NCBI GenBank assembly: GCA_937625935.1
Contig: OW569359.1
Coordinates: forward strand, 310,001 to 374,000
Direction: 5' to 3'
Length of the DNA stretch: 64,000 nt
Origin: Tetramitus jugosus
Lineage: Eukaryota > Protista > Heterolobosea
In this document: piece by piece, positions 23,601 through 33,250 of the stretch
Numbering within the stretch: the stretch's first letter is position 1
Layout: the number at the start of each line of letters is the position of its first letter
Position numbers and translations under genes: made by a program
Notes under the pieces: model-generated
Told to the model about the DNA's origin: nothing
What the model saw: only the letters and a program-made list of their open reading frames with translations
The model's database searches: none

Positions 23601-24154
23601 TCTTCGAATGATGATGATGATGATGGTTGATATGGAGGAGGAACATGATGAGGTTGAACATGCATCATTGGGCCATTCGTCGCATTCTGTCTCAACTGTC
23701 TTGGGAATTGCTGATTCGAATGGAAACCTAGATTGGAAGAACTCTGATGTAACTGTTGTGGTTGTTGATAGTGCTGATCAAATGACGTTGATTGTGGTTG
23801 CATCATATGATGAGGGTTGTTATTGTTGTTGATGTTAGGATAGTGGTTCAACAACACATTGTTAGATGGGTGATAAAGCTCTTGAGGTGTAACCTGATGA
23901 TGATATTGTTGTTGATGAGCGCGATGCAATTGTTGTTGTTTCATCAACATTAGTGCAGTCGAGTTGTTTGATTGGTGATGTTGTTGTTGTTGTGGAAGAG
24001 TGTTGCTCACGTTATTCATTTGAGGAGCTCTCAAGAGTTGTGCGCTGCCCATGGATTCTGGTGCGAAATGAGCTTGATGATTCTGATTTTGGATCATTGT
24101 TGGATAAAAACTGGTGCTTTGCGTCGATAGTTTAGTTGAGTTTCCTGTCGTCAT
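20687..24154 (-). CDS. HAT/TPR-repeat protein (Prp6-like C-terminal repeats) with Q/N/H-rich N-terminus and PAM2-like motif
   Basis: WLEHAKLEE, WFESAQIEERAG, EVPKSGEVWCEGAR and ADPNYGPLW repeats; SKLNYNAQPF...FVP. Confidence 0.75.
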   Translation of the reverse strand: MTTGNSTKLSTQSTSFYPTMIQNQNHQAHFAPESMGSAQLLRAPQMNNVSNTLPQQQQHHQSNNSTALMLMKQQQLHRAHQQQYHHQVTPQELYHPSNNVLLNHYPNINNNNNPHHMMQPQSTSFDQHYQQPQQLHQSSSNLGFHSNQQFPRQLRQNATNGPMMHVQPHHVPPPYQPSSSSSFEDHAQWTSQHLSMAAPSTDINNSFFSKSSPVSMHRHHLSQVQQQQQPYQSKLLFHQSFASSSDAQNPTATPLSSSGPTTLTSYDPWTSKSSHQSPQTNFNMWSSHTFSEPSSPPNKSNNKWWSTTGAANEGTWGQPQRNNNKQQSIVNAIPFSLPEGNEPSQPIISQCAQPFVGTGSQTFAFSSANGGSLPLMTENSMQTFAPTEVPLPVADMEKMASPKKSSAASSKLNYNAQPFIQPFVPKTAPQSPSRDWFENIKRSSQGPSSPNAHNQASNAVHNVNNKGQGSPSKSGQNKNAGNNRGKPARVLSFNAEPDTLVNAPPVETSHCRQMYKDFLKDMKQILEEAKGEDEDVFETLKQFVVDNIEARVPNTIWWRVYLFLAEHAKRHNFITEARNFYKKVNTLQPTASQGWLEHAKLEEECGNLQRCKYLINCGLQYCQTNENLLIKGIKQYAEQLNDMNGARALLSRLRGVPLEKCWKIMLEGALLESRVGNIQIARRVFKHLMQNVSRHGPVYYEAYRLEERMEQYDRALQIVEKGLFANPRYGPLWFAALRLYEKLALIACNSDNSKIDLTKVRDCIQRAVENISKELIWKVWFESAQIEERAGNLDLSRKSYTRSVMTCMKNLRWKVWLAGSRTELNFGNMEISRMLLSRALTEVPAKTKAVVLIECARLEEYSSDINKAREYLQRAQKEARHEWKVYLESILLEMRAGQIQRAIAEAEKALEIHRSTGRLWAVLIQLKQCEGEEEQMRVFKQALSEVPKSGEVWCEGARIRLNPLSPRFHLQKARQYLEFAIKFTPQYGDSFIEYLRLELLSKGPRMGKHHYSVDGDFGKEEEEGNIHIEQLCVNADPNYGPLWFHCKSHALDSSRLVLVRAKDLLIAELLQYRTVYQRAIMREYSPREVVEDSESDEDSNNEESSDDEESITAEHFTTGLFALQRLYNKSHTMLISDELRKKYIFGSESPGGLVL

Positions 24155-24581
24155 TCTCGATTGTGAGCGCGTGTGATAGTTTTATGGCGGTTTGTTCTGT
24201 GCGAAGAATGCGTGAGTGTAGTGTCAGATAGAAGTAGAAGCAGGAGCAGTACTGAAGAGATTTGCAGTACTTTGCGAGTTGAATGCTTTGTTTGCTAAGG
24301 TGGTCTGGGTTTTCTTTTCGTAACCGTCGTTTGCCGACGAAAATATTGCTAATTTTAAAGGGTTTGTGGAACCAAGTGACAGTTACGCGACAAATCTCCT
24401 TCATGGGAAATGGTCACTGAAAAAAAACACATAACAGCTTTTGCCGTTAATTTCTGGAAGTGTTCATTTTTTGCTTGAATTTGTTCAATGAAACTTTACA
24501 AAATTTAGCTTTTTGTTGATTGATTCTTCCGACAGAAGACAGAACCTTTTGCTTCTCCGCGAGTTTTGAACGCATCAACAC

Positions 24582-27500
24582 ATGGGAAAGGATAAGGATT
24601 TGGAGAGGACTATCAAAGAGGTTCTCAAAGAGATTCCTCAGGATTACAGAGACAAGAACTTCTCTCATATTGCCATTGTGGCCAATGCATTGAAGAGAGA
24701 TCGTCCGGAGCATGTGTTGAAGCGATTGGACGAGTACTACACGAATTTGAATGAGGCAGTCACAGATATTGTTGACGTAAACTTTCATAGCTTCAATCAG
24801 AGCATTAAAAACTTTTCCGATATTTTGAACAATTTGAATCAAAGTCAGAAGAAGATTGAGAGCTTGGAGAAGGATATTGAAGACTGCAAGGACTTATTGA
24901 CATCGAGAGCGACTGATTTGAAGCAATTGTACGAAAATTATTTGCAACACACTGAGTTTTTGAATATTTTGAAGCAAGTCGAAGAAGTGAAATCTGTTCC
25001 CGATCAATTGAATCAAGCAATTGAGACCAAACATTATTTGTATGCTGTAAAATTGATACTAAAGTATTCGGAGGTATTGAAGAGACCTCAGCTCAGAAGT
25101 ATTAAGGCATTGAATTCGATTAGAACGAGATTAGTCGATATTCAGAGTGATTTGCCAGATACACTGGTCGAGGAGTTGAATAGACACATCTATAATGGAG
25201 AAATTGTCTCAAGATCCACAATTAGTGATATTTTGTCAATGTTCAACAGGAATATGGGCCTCAAATTGAGTGAGGAGAGCAGTGGTAATGATTCAAGTCG
25301 GAGGAATGAAGTATTGTCTCCAGGCTCTGGTGAGCAATCACCAGGCACGCCAAACAGTCGGTTGTCGATGCGAATGCGAATGAATCGAATCTTGAGCCCA
25401 AAGACTTCAAACGAAGGCGCCTTTTCTTCCTCATTTGACATGAATGCAATGGATAGAAAGGATTCTGAAAGTGACACACTATTGGAGGATGATTTGTCAA
25501 TTGATCCTGAATTTGATTCTCATTATTTTTTGATGCTCATTATTGAGACTTTGTACAAATTGGATCGTTTGGGTGAAGTGCAATCCCGTTTAATTCAAAG
25601 CTTAAGATATGAATTGAGATCACTGATTGAAAATCACATTGCCGAATATGCGAATAATTTGGAAACCAACCAACTAAAGAAAGCATCAGATTCATCAAAT
25701 GGTTCTCAATCGATGGGAGACATGCAGTTTTCTTCTCTATTTGATGGATTGAACAAAGCTGTGACTATTAGTCCCGAGGAAAAGAGTAATATTTTGTGGG
25801 CGATTATTCAGAGTAAGAAAATGACTCTGTCATCAGTTACATCTGAAAGCGATGCAGATGTTGTAAAAAAGGCAGTTCTACAAGGAACGTTGTTGAGTGA
25901 GTGTTTGAATTCATTGTTTGCGAAGATGACTGGCGTTTTATGGAACTTCAAATTTGTTGTAGATGTAATGGAGATGAAGTTTAAGAAGGACAAGAAACCA
26001 TTCAAACACACGGACTCTGATGATTTTGATGATAGTCTGAACATTAAACTCACTCCTGTACTTTTATCTAGAGTTAGAGATACAGTGCGATTGAAGCTTG
26101 ACGACTTGCGAAACAATCCCAGATCAGATCCAGTTTATCTGTCTGCACTGGAGGATCTCCTCTACAATTTTATTGACAAAACAGCGAGTCAATTCGGAAT
26201 GGGTAATACCGGTACTCAGAGGACAAATACCTCTACATCAACAAACCCTACCTTGAATGAGCTCAAGGTGAGAAAGGTACCAGAAATGTTTACTGAAATG
26301 GTGAACACCCAGATCAAGTTAAAGGCTGCTGATGATCCTTCTGCAAGCATCCGTGCAAGCATGATTACTCAAGATTTTCAGGCCAGTATGCTTCACACGT
26401 TCAAGTCAGCCGATGGTGCAAGGCTTCTGACTGGTAGTCATGTCTGGAAAACGATTCAAAATGAGTTAAAAACAGTGCTAAAGGACGTGTTGGGTGTCAC
26501 AGCTGAGGAAATGGAGTTTTTCACTTCTGGAGGTTTCAATCAAGAAGCTTCACCGATTTCAACTGCACTATTAACATCTACTCCATTGGAAAAGAAGAAG
26601 AAAAAGAAGAAGGGGAACAGCGAGTACAGGTTCCGTTTTAGATTTGGCACAAACATTGAAAGTGTTATGCCCGTACAGAATTCATCGGATGACCGCTCAG
26701 CGGCTGCATCTGATCAAAAGGCAGGATTTTCAAAGATTACTGTCCCATTACTGAACTACTTCTTCTTTACTCCATACAATATGATATGGATGTACAGATT
26801 GGTGCGCGAGTTTTGCAGTGAATGTCAGCAGATAGTTGGAAATAGTTCTCTGCAGAATGCTTCTAACAATGGTGAGGTTGTAAATAAGATTTTTGACTCC
26901 TTCGAGAACATTACGTCAAATGATACAGATGCGTTGCCAGAACCAAAAGTTGATATTCTTCAGGAGTTTATGGTCGATTCAATTCAACATTCACTTATTG
27001 CCCGAGTTCGAAGAGATTATCGAGCAAAAATCACTGAGATGCTGCAGAGTAATGATGCCTTTAGACCAAAAGAGTTCCTCTACACTAAAACAAATGCCAC
27101 CTACTCTGGTGAGAGTAAATTTAGACCATTGCTTTCTAGTGCAGTCAGCCTGAGTCAGTGGATAAGCGAACTCTACCAGTTTGCTAATGCAATTCCTCCG
27201 AACCGGTCTGAATTCTTCTCAATCATGGAGATTCTATTGAAGAGATATTTGGATGAATGTCGAACGCACTTTGATGAGAAGATGAGTGGAAAGTATGTCT
27301 GGGATTGTCTCATGAACCGAACCGATCTTTTACCAATTTTAGAGTTAGACAGAGAATGGCAATCCCTTTATGTGTCCTCCTTGGCCTCAGATTCTAACAG
27401 TATGTTCCCTAAACTTGTGACAACAACTGACATCAAATCGTTGGAGAGAAGGATGGAAGAGATGGAGGTTGATCTGTTCACATTGGACCACAACCTGGTC

Positions 27501-28529
27501 CAGCACACGAACATGGACAGAGTTCTAATCATGGATCGGGCCAGTTCTACAATTTTGTTGTGCAACTTGAATGATTCTTTAGAGTGGCTTGCAGATCAGA
27601 TATCACAAATGTCAAAGTCCAGTTTCAGCAATTCCATGGAGGCAATGATGCCTCGCTCACAGTCATTCTCCTCGTTTATTGGCATGGCGAGCCCCAAAAT
27701 CACACCTGCAATGTACTCTAATGAAACGCTCAAGGACTACTATCGGAAGTATAAGCTATTGGCAAATCAATGCCTATTTGCTCTCAAGATTGATATCCGT
27801 GCACACTGTTACTTCTTCTTGAGTGATATTAAGAACTCTGTTTACGAGTGTGAGGAAGAAGCCTCTGAGCCAGAGTACTTTGTGACTCAATTCAACACTG
27901 ACATGCAACAGTTGCAGAGGTATACTGTCACTTACATGCCAATCAACAAGAAGAACTACTTGTTCCAGGGTATTGCTCCACTCGTTGCCAAAATTCTCAT
28001 CTTCTCTCTACCAAAGATCAAGCATCAGAGATTTAACAAGAATGGTGTGGCCAAAATGGGTCGAAACATTTTCGCACTACAGCAGAACATTACAAGTATT
28101 ACGCACTCGACCATGTTACTCAACAACTCATCTAACGAAAGCACGTCACCATACACGGCATCATCTCCTTCCATGCTCGATGCGATGGACAGTAGCTCCA
28201 TGGAGAAGAATGTGTATTTTTATCGTGTTCGTCTCTATTATTCACTATTGGGAATGACAATCAAGGAATTGTTTGCTCACTTGCGAAGTGACGATGTTCT
28301 ATTGTACCTGTACAATGAATACGGTGAAATGTATTCAGGTGTCGATCTGTTTAGCTTAGAAGAATATTTGGCTGTTCTGGAAACGAAATTTACAACAGAG
28401 GACGAACCACAGAGAGAAAAGAACAGAAATATTGTCAGAAGCTTGTATGAACAGATGCAACAAGAGGTTGCAGATATTCTAGCTGATAATCATCACGAGT
28501 ATGAAGATGACAATGTTCAAATGCTATGA
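24582..28529 (+). CDS. SEC8: Exocyst complex component Sec8 (EXOC4)
   Basis: N-terminal VDVNFHSFNQSIKNFSDIL coiled coil and VPDQLNQAIETKHYLYAVKLI; C-terminal CLFALKIDIRAHCYFFL and GVAKMGRNIFALQQ. Confidence 0.85.
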   Translation: MGKDKDLERTIKEVLKEIPQDYRDKNFSHIAIVANALKRDRPEHVLKRLDEYYTNLNEAVTDIVDVNFHSFNQSIKNFSDILNNLNQSQKKIESLEKDIEDCKDLLTSRATDLKQLYENYLQHTEFLNILKQVEEVKSVPDQLNQAIETKHYLYAVKLILKYSEVLKRPQLRSIKALNSIRTRLVDIQSDLPDTLVEELNRHIYNGEIVSRSTISDILSMFNRNMGLKLSEESSGNDSSRRNEVLSPGSGEQSPGTPNSRLSMRMRMNRILSPKTSNEGAFSSSFDMNAMDRKDSESDTLLEDDLSIDPEFDSHYFLMLIIETLYKLDRLGEVQSRLIQSLRYELRSLIENHIAEYANNLETNQLKKASDSSNGSQSMGDMQFSSLFDGLNKAVTISPEEKSNILWAIIQSKKMTLSSVTSESDADVVKKAVLQGTLLSECLNSLFAKMTGVLWNFKFVVDVMEMKFKKDKKPFKHTDSDDFDDSLNIKLTPVLLSRVRDTVRLKLDDLRNNPRSDPVYLSALEDLLYNFIDKTASQFGMGNTGTQRTNTSTSTNPTLNELKVRKVPEMFTEMVNTQIKLKAADDPSASIRASMITQDFQASMLHTFKSADGARLLTGSHVWKTIQNELKTVLKDVLGVTAEEMEFFTSGGFNQEASPISTALLTSTPLEKKKKKKKGNSEYRFRFRFGTNIESVMPVQNSSDDRSAAASDQKAGFSKITVPLLNYFFFTPYNMIWMYRLVREFCSECQQIVGNSSLQNASNNGEVVNKIFDSFENITSNDTDALPEPKVDILQEFMVDSIQHSLIARVRRDYRAKITEMLQSNDAFRPKEFLYTKTNATYSGESKFRPLLSSAVSLSQWISELYQFANAIPPNRSEFFSIMEILLKRYLDECRTHFDEKMSGKYVWDCLMNRTDLLPILELDREWQSLYVSSLASDSNSMFPKLVTTTDIKSLERRMEEMEVDLFTLDHNLVQHTNMDRVLIMDRASSTILLCNLNDSLEWLADQISQMSKSSFSNSMEAMMPRSQSFSSFIGMASPKITPAMYSNETLKDYYRKYKLLANQCLFALKIDIRAHCYFFLSDIKNSVYECEEEASEPEYFVTQFNTDMQQLQRYTVTYMPINKKNYLFQGIAPLVAKILIFSLPKIKHQRFNKNGVAKMGRNIFALQQNITSITHSTMLLNNSSNESTSPYTASSPSMLDAMDSSSMEKNVYFYRVRLYYSLLGMTIKELFAHLRSDDVLLYLYNEYGEMYSGVDLFSLEEYLAVLETKFTTEDEPQREKNRNIVRSLYEQMQQEVADILADNHHEYEDDNVQML

Positions 28530-28633
28530 GACTTAGCATGCCAAACTGACATTGCCACATCTTGAGATAGAGAATCCACACTCATCCATGCATATGCACT
28601 CTCCATATCAAAAATGTAAACCTTATTTATTCT

Positions 28634-28806
28634 TCATTTATTGCAATTCACACAAAGATAACGTTTGTGCATTATTCCCCTCGAGAGAAAGCTGTGAAAT
28701 CAATCAGTTCGTTGTTTTGAATCCCAATGGATGCTCACCACATGGCATAGTAAAGATAATAATCTTCAATCAATTTGATCAAATCCAGTTCGAGTTCTTG
28801 ATTCAT
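28634..28806 (-). CDS. Possible 41-aa spliced microprotein (intron 28692-28738)
   Basis: CA-rich leader like other host genes, ATG, GTGAGC...ACTGAT...CACAG 47-nt intron, stop followed by AATAAA; MNQELELDLIKLIEDYYLYYAMCFLSRGIMHKRYLCVNCNK. Confidence 0.3.
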
Positions 28807-28904
28807 GATTGTGTTGTTTTGTTTGTCGCTTGTTTTTGGATTTTGTTGGATTCTGTTTTTGGATGTTTTGGCCAAAGAGTTTATTTGCTATTCTGAGATT
28901 TGGG

Positions 28905-29993
28905 TTATCGTCCCTTGTGTGGTTTCTCAATACCAAACAAGTTTCTCAGGAGTCCATACACTGTAAATACAATCATGTTCGAGGGTACAGTCTTGAGCAA
29001 TGAAGGATAAAAGCCCTTGTACAGCCCATACACTCCCTCATGCTTGATCGTTGCTCTCGCCACATCCAGCACTCCTCCACTATAGATTGCATTCTCTGCA
29101 GCTGTCATTCCGAGATATTGATTCGTACTGAAGCCAGGCATGTTGTGCATGATCATTCGAGCTTTGATTGTTCTGACTGGATAGACAACAACCTGCGAGA
29201 ATACAGCACTCGTTCCACCAGAGACCATGAGACCTAATGTAGTTGCCAACGAATTTTTTCCATCCGCAGGCACCAAAAAGTTCTTCATCACTTCATACAT
29301 CATGAGATTGATGCCAGAGTGAGGTATCGTACTGGCCATTGAGGCTGTAAAGCCTCTATAAAACGAATAGATGCCCTCATGCTTTAGTGTTCTTGTAAAA
29401 CAATCCACAATTCCATTATATGTACCAGTTGTAGCTACAGCAAGCCTCGTTTTCACAACTTCGAGTGGAAAGGAGACAAAGTGACCAGCTACACCACTGA
29501 TGCTACCACAGATAAAGAGCTGAGTCGCCGATGGGTCAGTGCTATCCGGGTATCTCGTTTCATTCCATTGTCTCATCCATCTCTTGGTCGCTTCGAACGT
29601 GTAGAGCTTTACAGCTGATTCTGGCGCAATTTTCAATAGATTGGCGCCATTTCCTTTCCACATGCCCCGAAGTCCGCTCTCCGCGTACATGTTTCGTATT
29701 CCCTGTATGACAGAGGGGGGTTTGGAGTGTGTCTGTACCTGGTATAGAATTTTGAGCCTTTCAAGAGGCGCAGTCCCCGTTCGTGAAGCCATACCCGCCA
29801 GAGCTCCTATCGAAAGCTGTGTGAGGCTATTCTTCAAGAATTGGTCGTCATTGGAAGATGATTTGTGATCTTGTTCTGTTGGTAGATCGCTCAGGTTGTC
29901 GCCCATTCTTTTCTTTCTGGGAAGAACTTTGTCTGATTGTTGTGTTTTGGTTGGTTTGTGCAATGCAGAACTTCGATTTCGTTCGGGGCTCAT
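28905..29993 (-). CDS. Mitochondrial carrier (SLC25 family)
   Basis: Three carrier repeats with PLERLK, PLEVVKTR and PVRTIKAR signatures; GLRGMWKGNGANLLKIAPESAVK. Confidence 0.93.
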   Translation of the reverse strand: MSPERNRSSALHKPTKTQQSDKVLPRKKRMGDNLSDLPTEQDHKSSSNDDQFLKNSLTQLSIGALAGMASRTGTAPLERLKILYQVQTHSKPPSVIQGIRNMYAESGLRGMWKGNGANLLKIAPESAVKLYTFEATKRWMRQWNETRYPDSTDPSATQLFICGSISGVAGHFVSFPLEVVKTRLAVATTGTYNGIVDCFTRTLKHEGIYSFYRGFTASMASTIPHSGINLMMYEVMKNFLVPADGKNSLATTLGLMVSGGTSAVFSQVVVYPVRTIKARMIMHNMPGFSTNQYLGMTAAENAIYSGGVLDVARATIKHEGVYGLYKGFYPSLLKTVPSNMIVFTVYGLLRNLFGIEKPHKGR

Positions 29994-30133
29994 GGTTATG
30001 CAAATCGGACCAAAGTGAGATATTCTTGGGACGTCTGCGTGTTCAACTGAGGAAATCGATTGGGATCTGTTGAAAGAAGATTCAAAGATTTTTTATGAGC
30101 CAAATACAGACAGGAGAACACTCAGGTCTTCCT

Positions 30134-31381
30134 TCACTTTGCTCTTATGGCAGTTGGCCTGAGGAGCAGTGTTCGCCTCAGTTGATGTATTCCAAGAAGA
30201 AAGATTGTCACGGAGAATACATATTTGAGTGTTTCTTCGTCCAGCACTCTTCCACCCAGATATCCACCAGTCAAACCTCCCATCATTGCTCCTAACACGA
30301 GGAATGGAGCAATTCTCGTCACAACATTACCCATACGGTAGTGAGCAAAGCAAGCGACAGCACTTGGAACAGTCATTGAGGCAAGCGAGGTTCCAATCAC
30401 AGTCTTTTGAGTCTTATCAGGATGAGTAGCCCAGATGAATGAGAGTGCAGGAATCATCAAGATGCCTCCCCCCACACCTAAGATACCTGTCATCAACCCA
30501 ACTATAGTACCAATTGCAGCATAAGAGGCAGTATTCATATCGATTGGAAAGAGTTCAGGTTGAGAGCTCTCAATCAATTGCTGAGTTTGAGACTGGAATC
30601 GATTGGCATAATCCTTTATAAACGGAGAAGCAGGAGCAATCGACAACATGAAAGACGATAAGATGAGCTTTAGCTTATAATCACTCATACGGTTAGCTAT
30701 TCTGGCACCAAAAGGGGCAACTATACACGCTAGAGAGCCGATAATTACTGCAGCGAGCCAATCCACATTTGCAGTTGGTTTTGTTTTCGTATTCGTCTTG
30801 ATTGCTTGACCATCATCGATATTAGTCTCGTCACTGTTCTGTTCCTTGCTTAACTGATACAACGTTAAGCTACCTACCAACCCTGATGCCACTACACACA
30901 CCAAGCAAGTGGCATTTACTTGTTTCTGCGTAAATTGAAACGACTCCCCAGAATTGTTGTTTGCTCTTTGCTTGGAAATGGAAGCCAACACAGAAGTCAG
31001 CAATGGAATCAATACGATATTACCACCCAAACCGACCAATGAACCAAATGTTCCTCCAGATAACCCCACAAGAACAAACTTTAGCAGGTCAGACTTTGTA
31101 AACTGTACAGCGGAAACGGACTTTTTTGATTCGCCGCTTTCAACAACTGATGAAACTTGTTCTTCCGGTGTTGCTCTCGCTTGAAGGACCTGATCCGCAG
31201 GTACGGTAGAAGTGATTGTTTGGGGAATTAGCTCATGGGACAAATCTGGTTTCTGCAATCGACAACCAGAGAGGGAATGAAAACGAGCAATTTGGTTTGA
31301 GGAAAGGCACAGAGGTTTCTTGAAGTTTCTTGGTGATAAGAGGCCTTTTGATTGTGTAAGGATGTTTCGATATGAGCGCAT
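30134..31381 (-). CDS. TauE/SafE (DUF81) sulfite-exporter family membrane protein with presequence-like N-terminus
   Basis: Duplicated GSLVGLGGNIVLIPLL / GILGVGGGILMIPAL motifs, GTSL; probable ATG at 31381. Confidence 0.85.
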   Translation of the reverse strand: MRSYRNILTQSKGLLSPRNFKKPLCLSSNQIARFHSLSGCRLQKPDLSHELIPQTITSTVPADQVLQARATPEEQVSSVVESGESKKSVSAVQFTKSDLLKFVLVGLSGGTFGSLVGLGGNIVLIPLLTSVLASISKQRANNNSGESFQFTQKQVNATCLVCVVASGLVGSLTLYQLSKEQNSDETNIDDGQAIKTNTKTKPTANVDWLAAVIIGSLACIVAPFGARIANRMSDYKLKLILSSFMLSIAPASPFIKDYANRFQSQTQQLIESSQPELFPIDMNTASYAAIGTIVGLMTGILGVGGGILMIPALSFIWATHPDKTQKTVIGTSLASMTVPSAVACFAHYRMGNVVTRIAPFLVLGAMMGGLTGGYLGGRVLDEETLKYVFSVTIFLLGIHQLRRTLLLRPTAIRAK

Positions 31382-31491
31382 GTTGTGGTGGAAGTCTTTG
31401 AAAATGGTTGCATACTCTGCTAAATGAGAAACAATTGGCTTGAGGAGAATTTGCGCCATCCGCATAAGTCCGTTCGAAGTGTAAAAGGAGT

Positions 31492-31574
31492 CGCACTCTG
31501 TAGGATTTGAACCTACGCACGGTTTCCCGTACCTGATTTCTAGTCAGGCTCCTTGACCGCTCGGACAAGAGTGC
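31492..31574 (-). tRNA. tRNA-Ser(AGA)
   Basis: Minus strand GCACTCT/AGAGTGC acceptor, CCTGA-CTAGAAA-TCAGG anticodon arm, long variable arm, GGTTCAAATCC, G73, TTTT downstream. Confidence 0.95.
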
Positions 31575-31618
31575 TTGATGCTCAGATTCAACTTATAATT
31601 ATACCATTCTAATCTGCA

Positions 31619-33189
31619 TTCTTAACAGGTTGAAGGTGTTGAGACTGGGGCCAGCTCAGGTTGCCAGGGTCGTGAACACTTGTATTCACCCAATCTTTCT
31701 CTATGCATCGGAGTTTACCAACTGGCCAAAAAGGTGGCTTAACGAGGTAAATGGCATGGGACGTAAAGCTGTGAAGTACGGATCAAGAGCCTTGAAGAGG
31801 TACCCGTCGGCACTTCTCGCTATCGGCCGGGAAAGTGGTGGAATTGGACTGTGCGAGTTCAAGGAGTCCCTCACCACTAGGATTGCCGCGTTCATATTCG
31901 GAATGCTACAAGGGAAGAGAGACGCGGAAGCGCGTACACTGTTGTTGGATACGCTTGATGATGTCAAGCAAAATCACCTACTCACCCAATTGAGTATCTT
32001 CCAATCCTGCAACAGGCTGGATCAAGTTAAGAAATCATACTTGGTTTGGTGTGCAAAGCTCCTACATGAATCCAACATCACCATCGGTGATGCATCTCTG
32101 CATGAGTGTCAAGGATGCAATGTAGCTTTTCACCTCCCCTTGAGTGAAGCTAGAGTTCTCAAGGCAAACGGAGTACACAGAAATGAACAGCTATATCAAG
32201 AAGGCAGCATCATGTCTTATGAGAAAGCTAAAAGTCTCTACGGTCTAAAAGGCTTGGGACCAAAGAAATACCGACACGTACAGTTCTATATGGAACTGTC
32301 GGGCGCTCCTTGCGCCCGGGTGAATATACCAATGACCGAAATCGTTCACGAACTCTTCATCGATGGAGTCCGAACCGTGGATATCCATGCTAAGAGCCAC
32401 CTGGCTAACTTCCATCGACATAAAAGAGAGAAGGAGGTCTTGAGAAACAGTACGTGGTGGCTTGATGCAGAACTCACAAAGTGGAGTGGGTGGAATACAT
32501 TTCTGAAGTGTCCCTTTGGCCTCGACAGAAGAGAACTTTGGTTTTACCATCAGGTGAGGAGTGGCACCTTGCATACTCTTTCAGTGATGCAGAGTTTATA
32601 TGGTGGTTTTCGTGGCACGACGTGTACTTGTTGTGGAGAAGAAGATGATACAATCATTCATCTCCTAGTTGAGTGTTCATCCGCACAAGAGGCCAGAAAG
32701 AGAATGTGTATGTCATTGAGCGATAGACTCAACAAATTAAGGCTGCCAAAAGACACAAAGGTGGAAGTCTGGTTCGACAGTTACTTGTACTGTAATGGTA
32801 GCTTGATCAAAAGAAATGCTGCCATGTCTTCACATGATATTTTGGCTGGTCTGATGGGGAAGGAAGTAGAGGCAAGGGAGGACATTCTCAATGCTCTCAT
32901 CAAGACGGGATGCAAAAAGAAGATCGCAGAAAAAAGGACTGCGAGTGTAATCGACTGCACCAAGAGAGAGTGTGTTAAGGAGCTGCACAAGCTGTTCATT
33001 AGGTCTAAGGAGAGGTGGAGGGAAACGATGCTCTGCACCGTGCCGGTGCAGAGCAACACAACAACTACCAGTCCCCATGGACTTGACAGGGCAAGGGAGT
33101 GACCTAGCACTCTGCACCGTGCCGGTGCAGAGCAGCATCACTCCCAGTAACAAGGTGAAATGAATAAAGAGGCAACTCATGTTGTATGG

Positions 33190-33228
<39 letters not shown>
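31619..33228 (+). mobile_element. 5'-truncated L1-like retrotransposon (subfamily 1), poly(A) tail, 15-16-bp TSD
   Basis: Open ORF2 C-terminal part (31630-33102) with CTCC...HLLVEC zinc finger; ~39-nt poly(A) 33190-33228; TSD (a)ccattctaatctgca at 31603-31618 and 33228-33243. Confidence 0.93.
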
Positions 33229-33230
<2 letters not shown>

Positions 33231-33250
33231 ATTCTAATCTGCAGGTGGTG

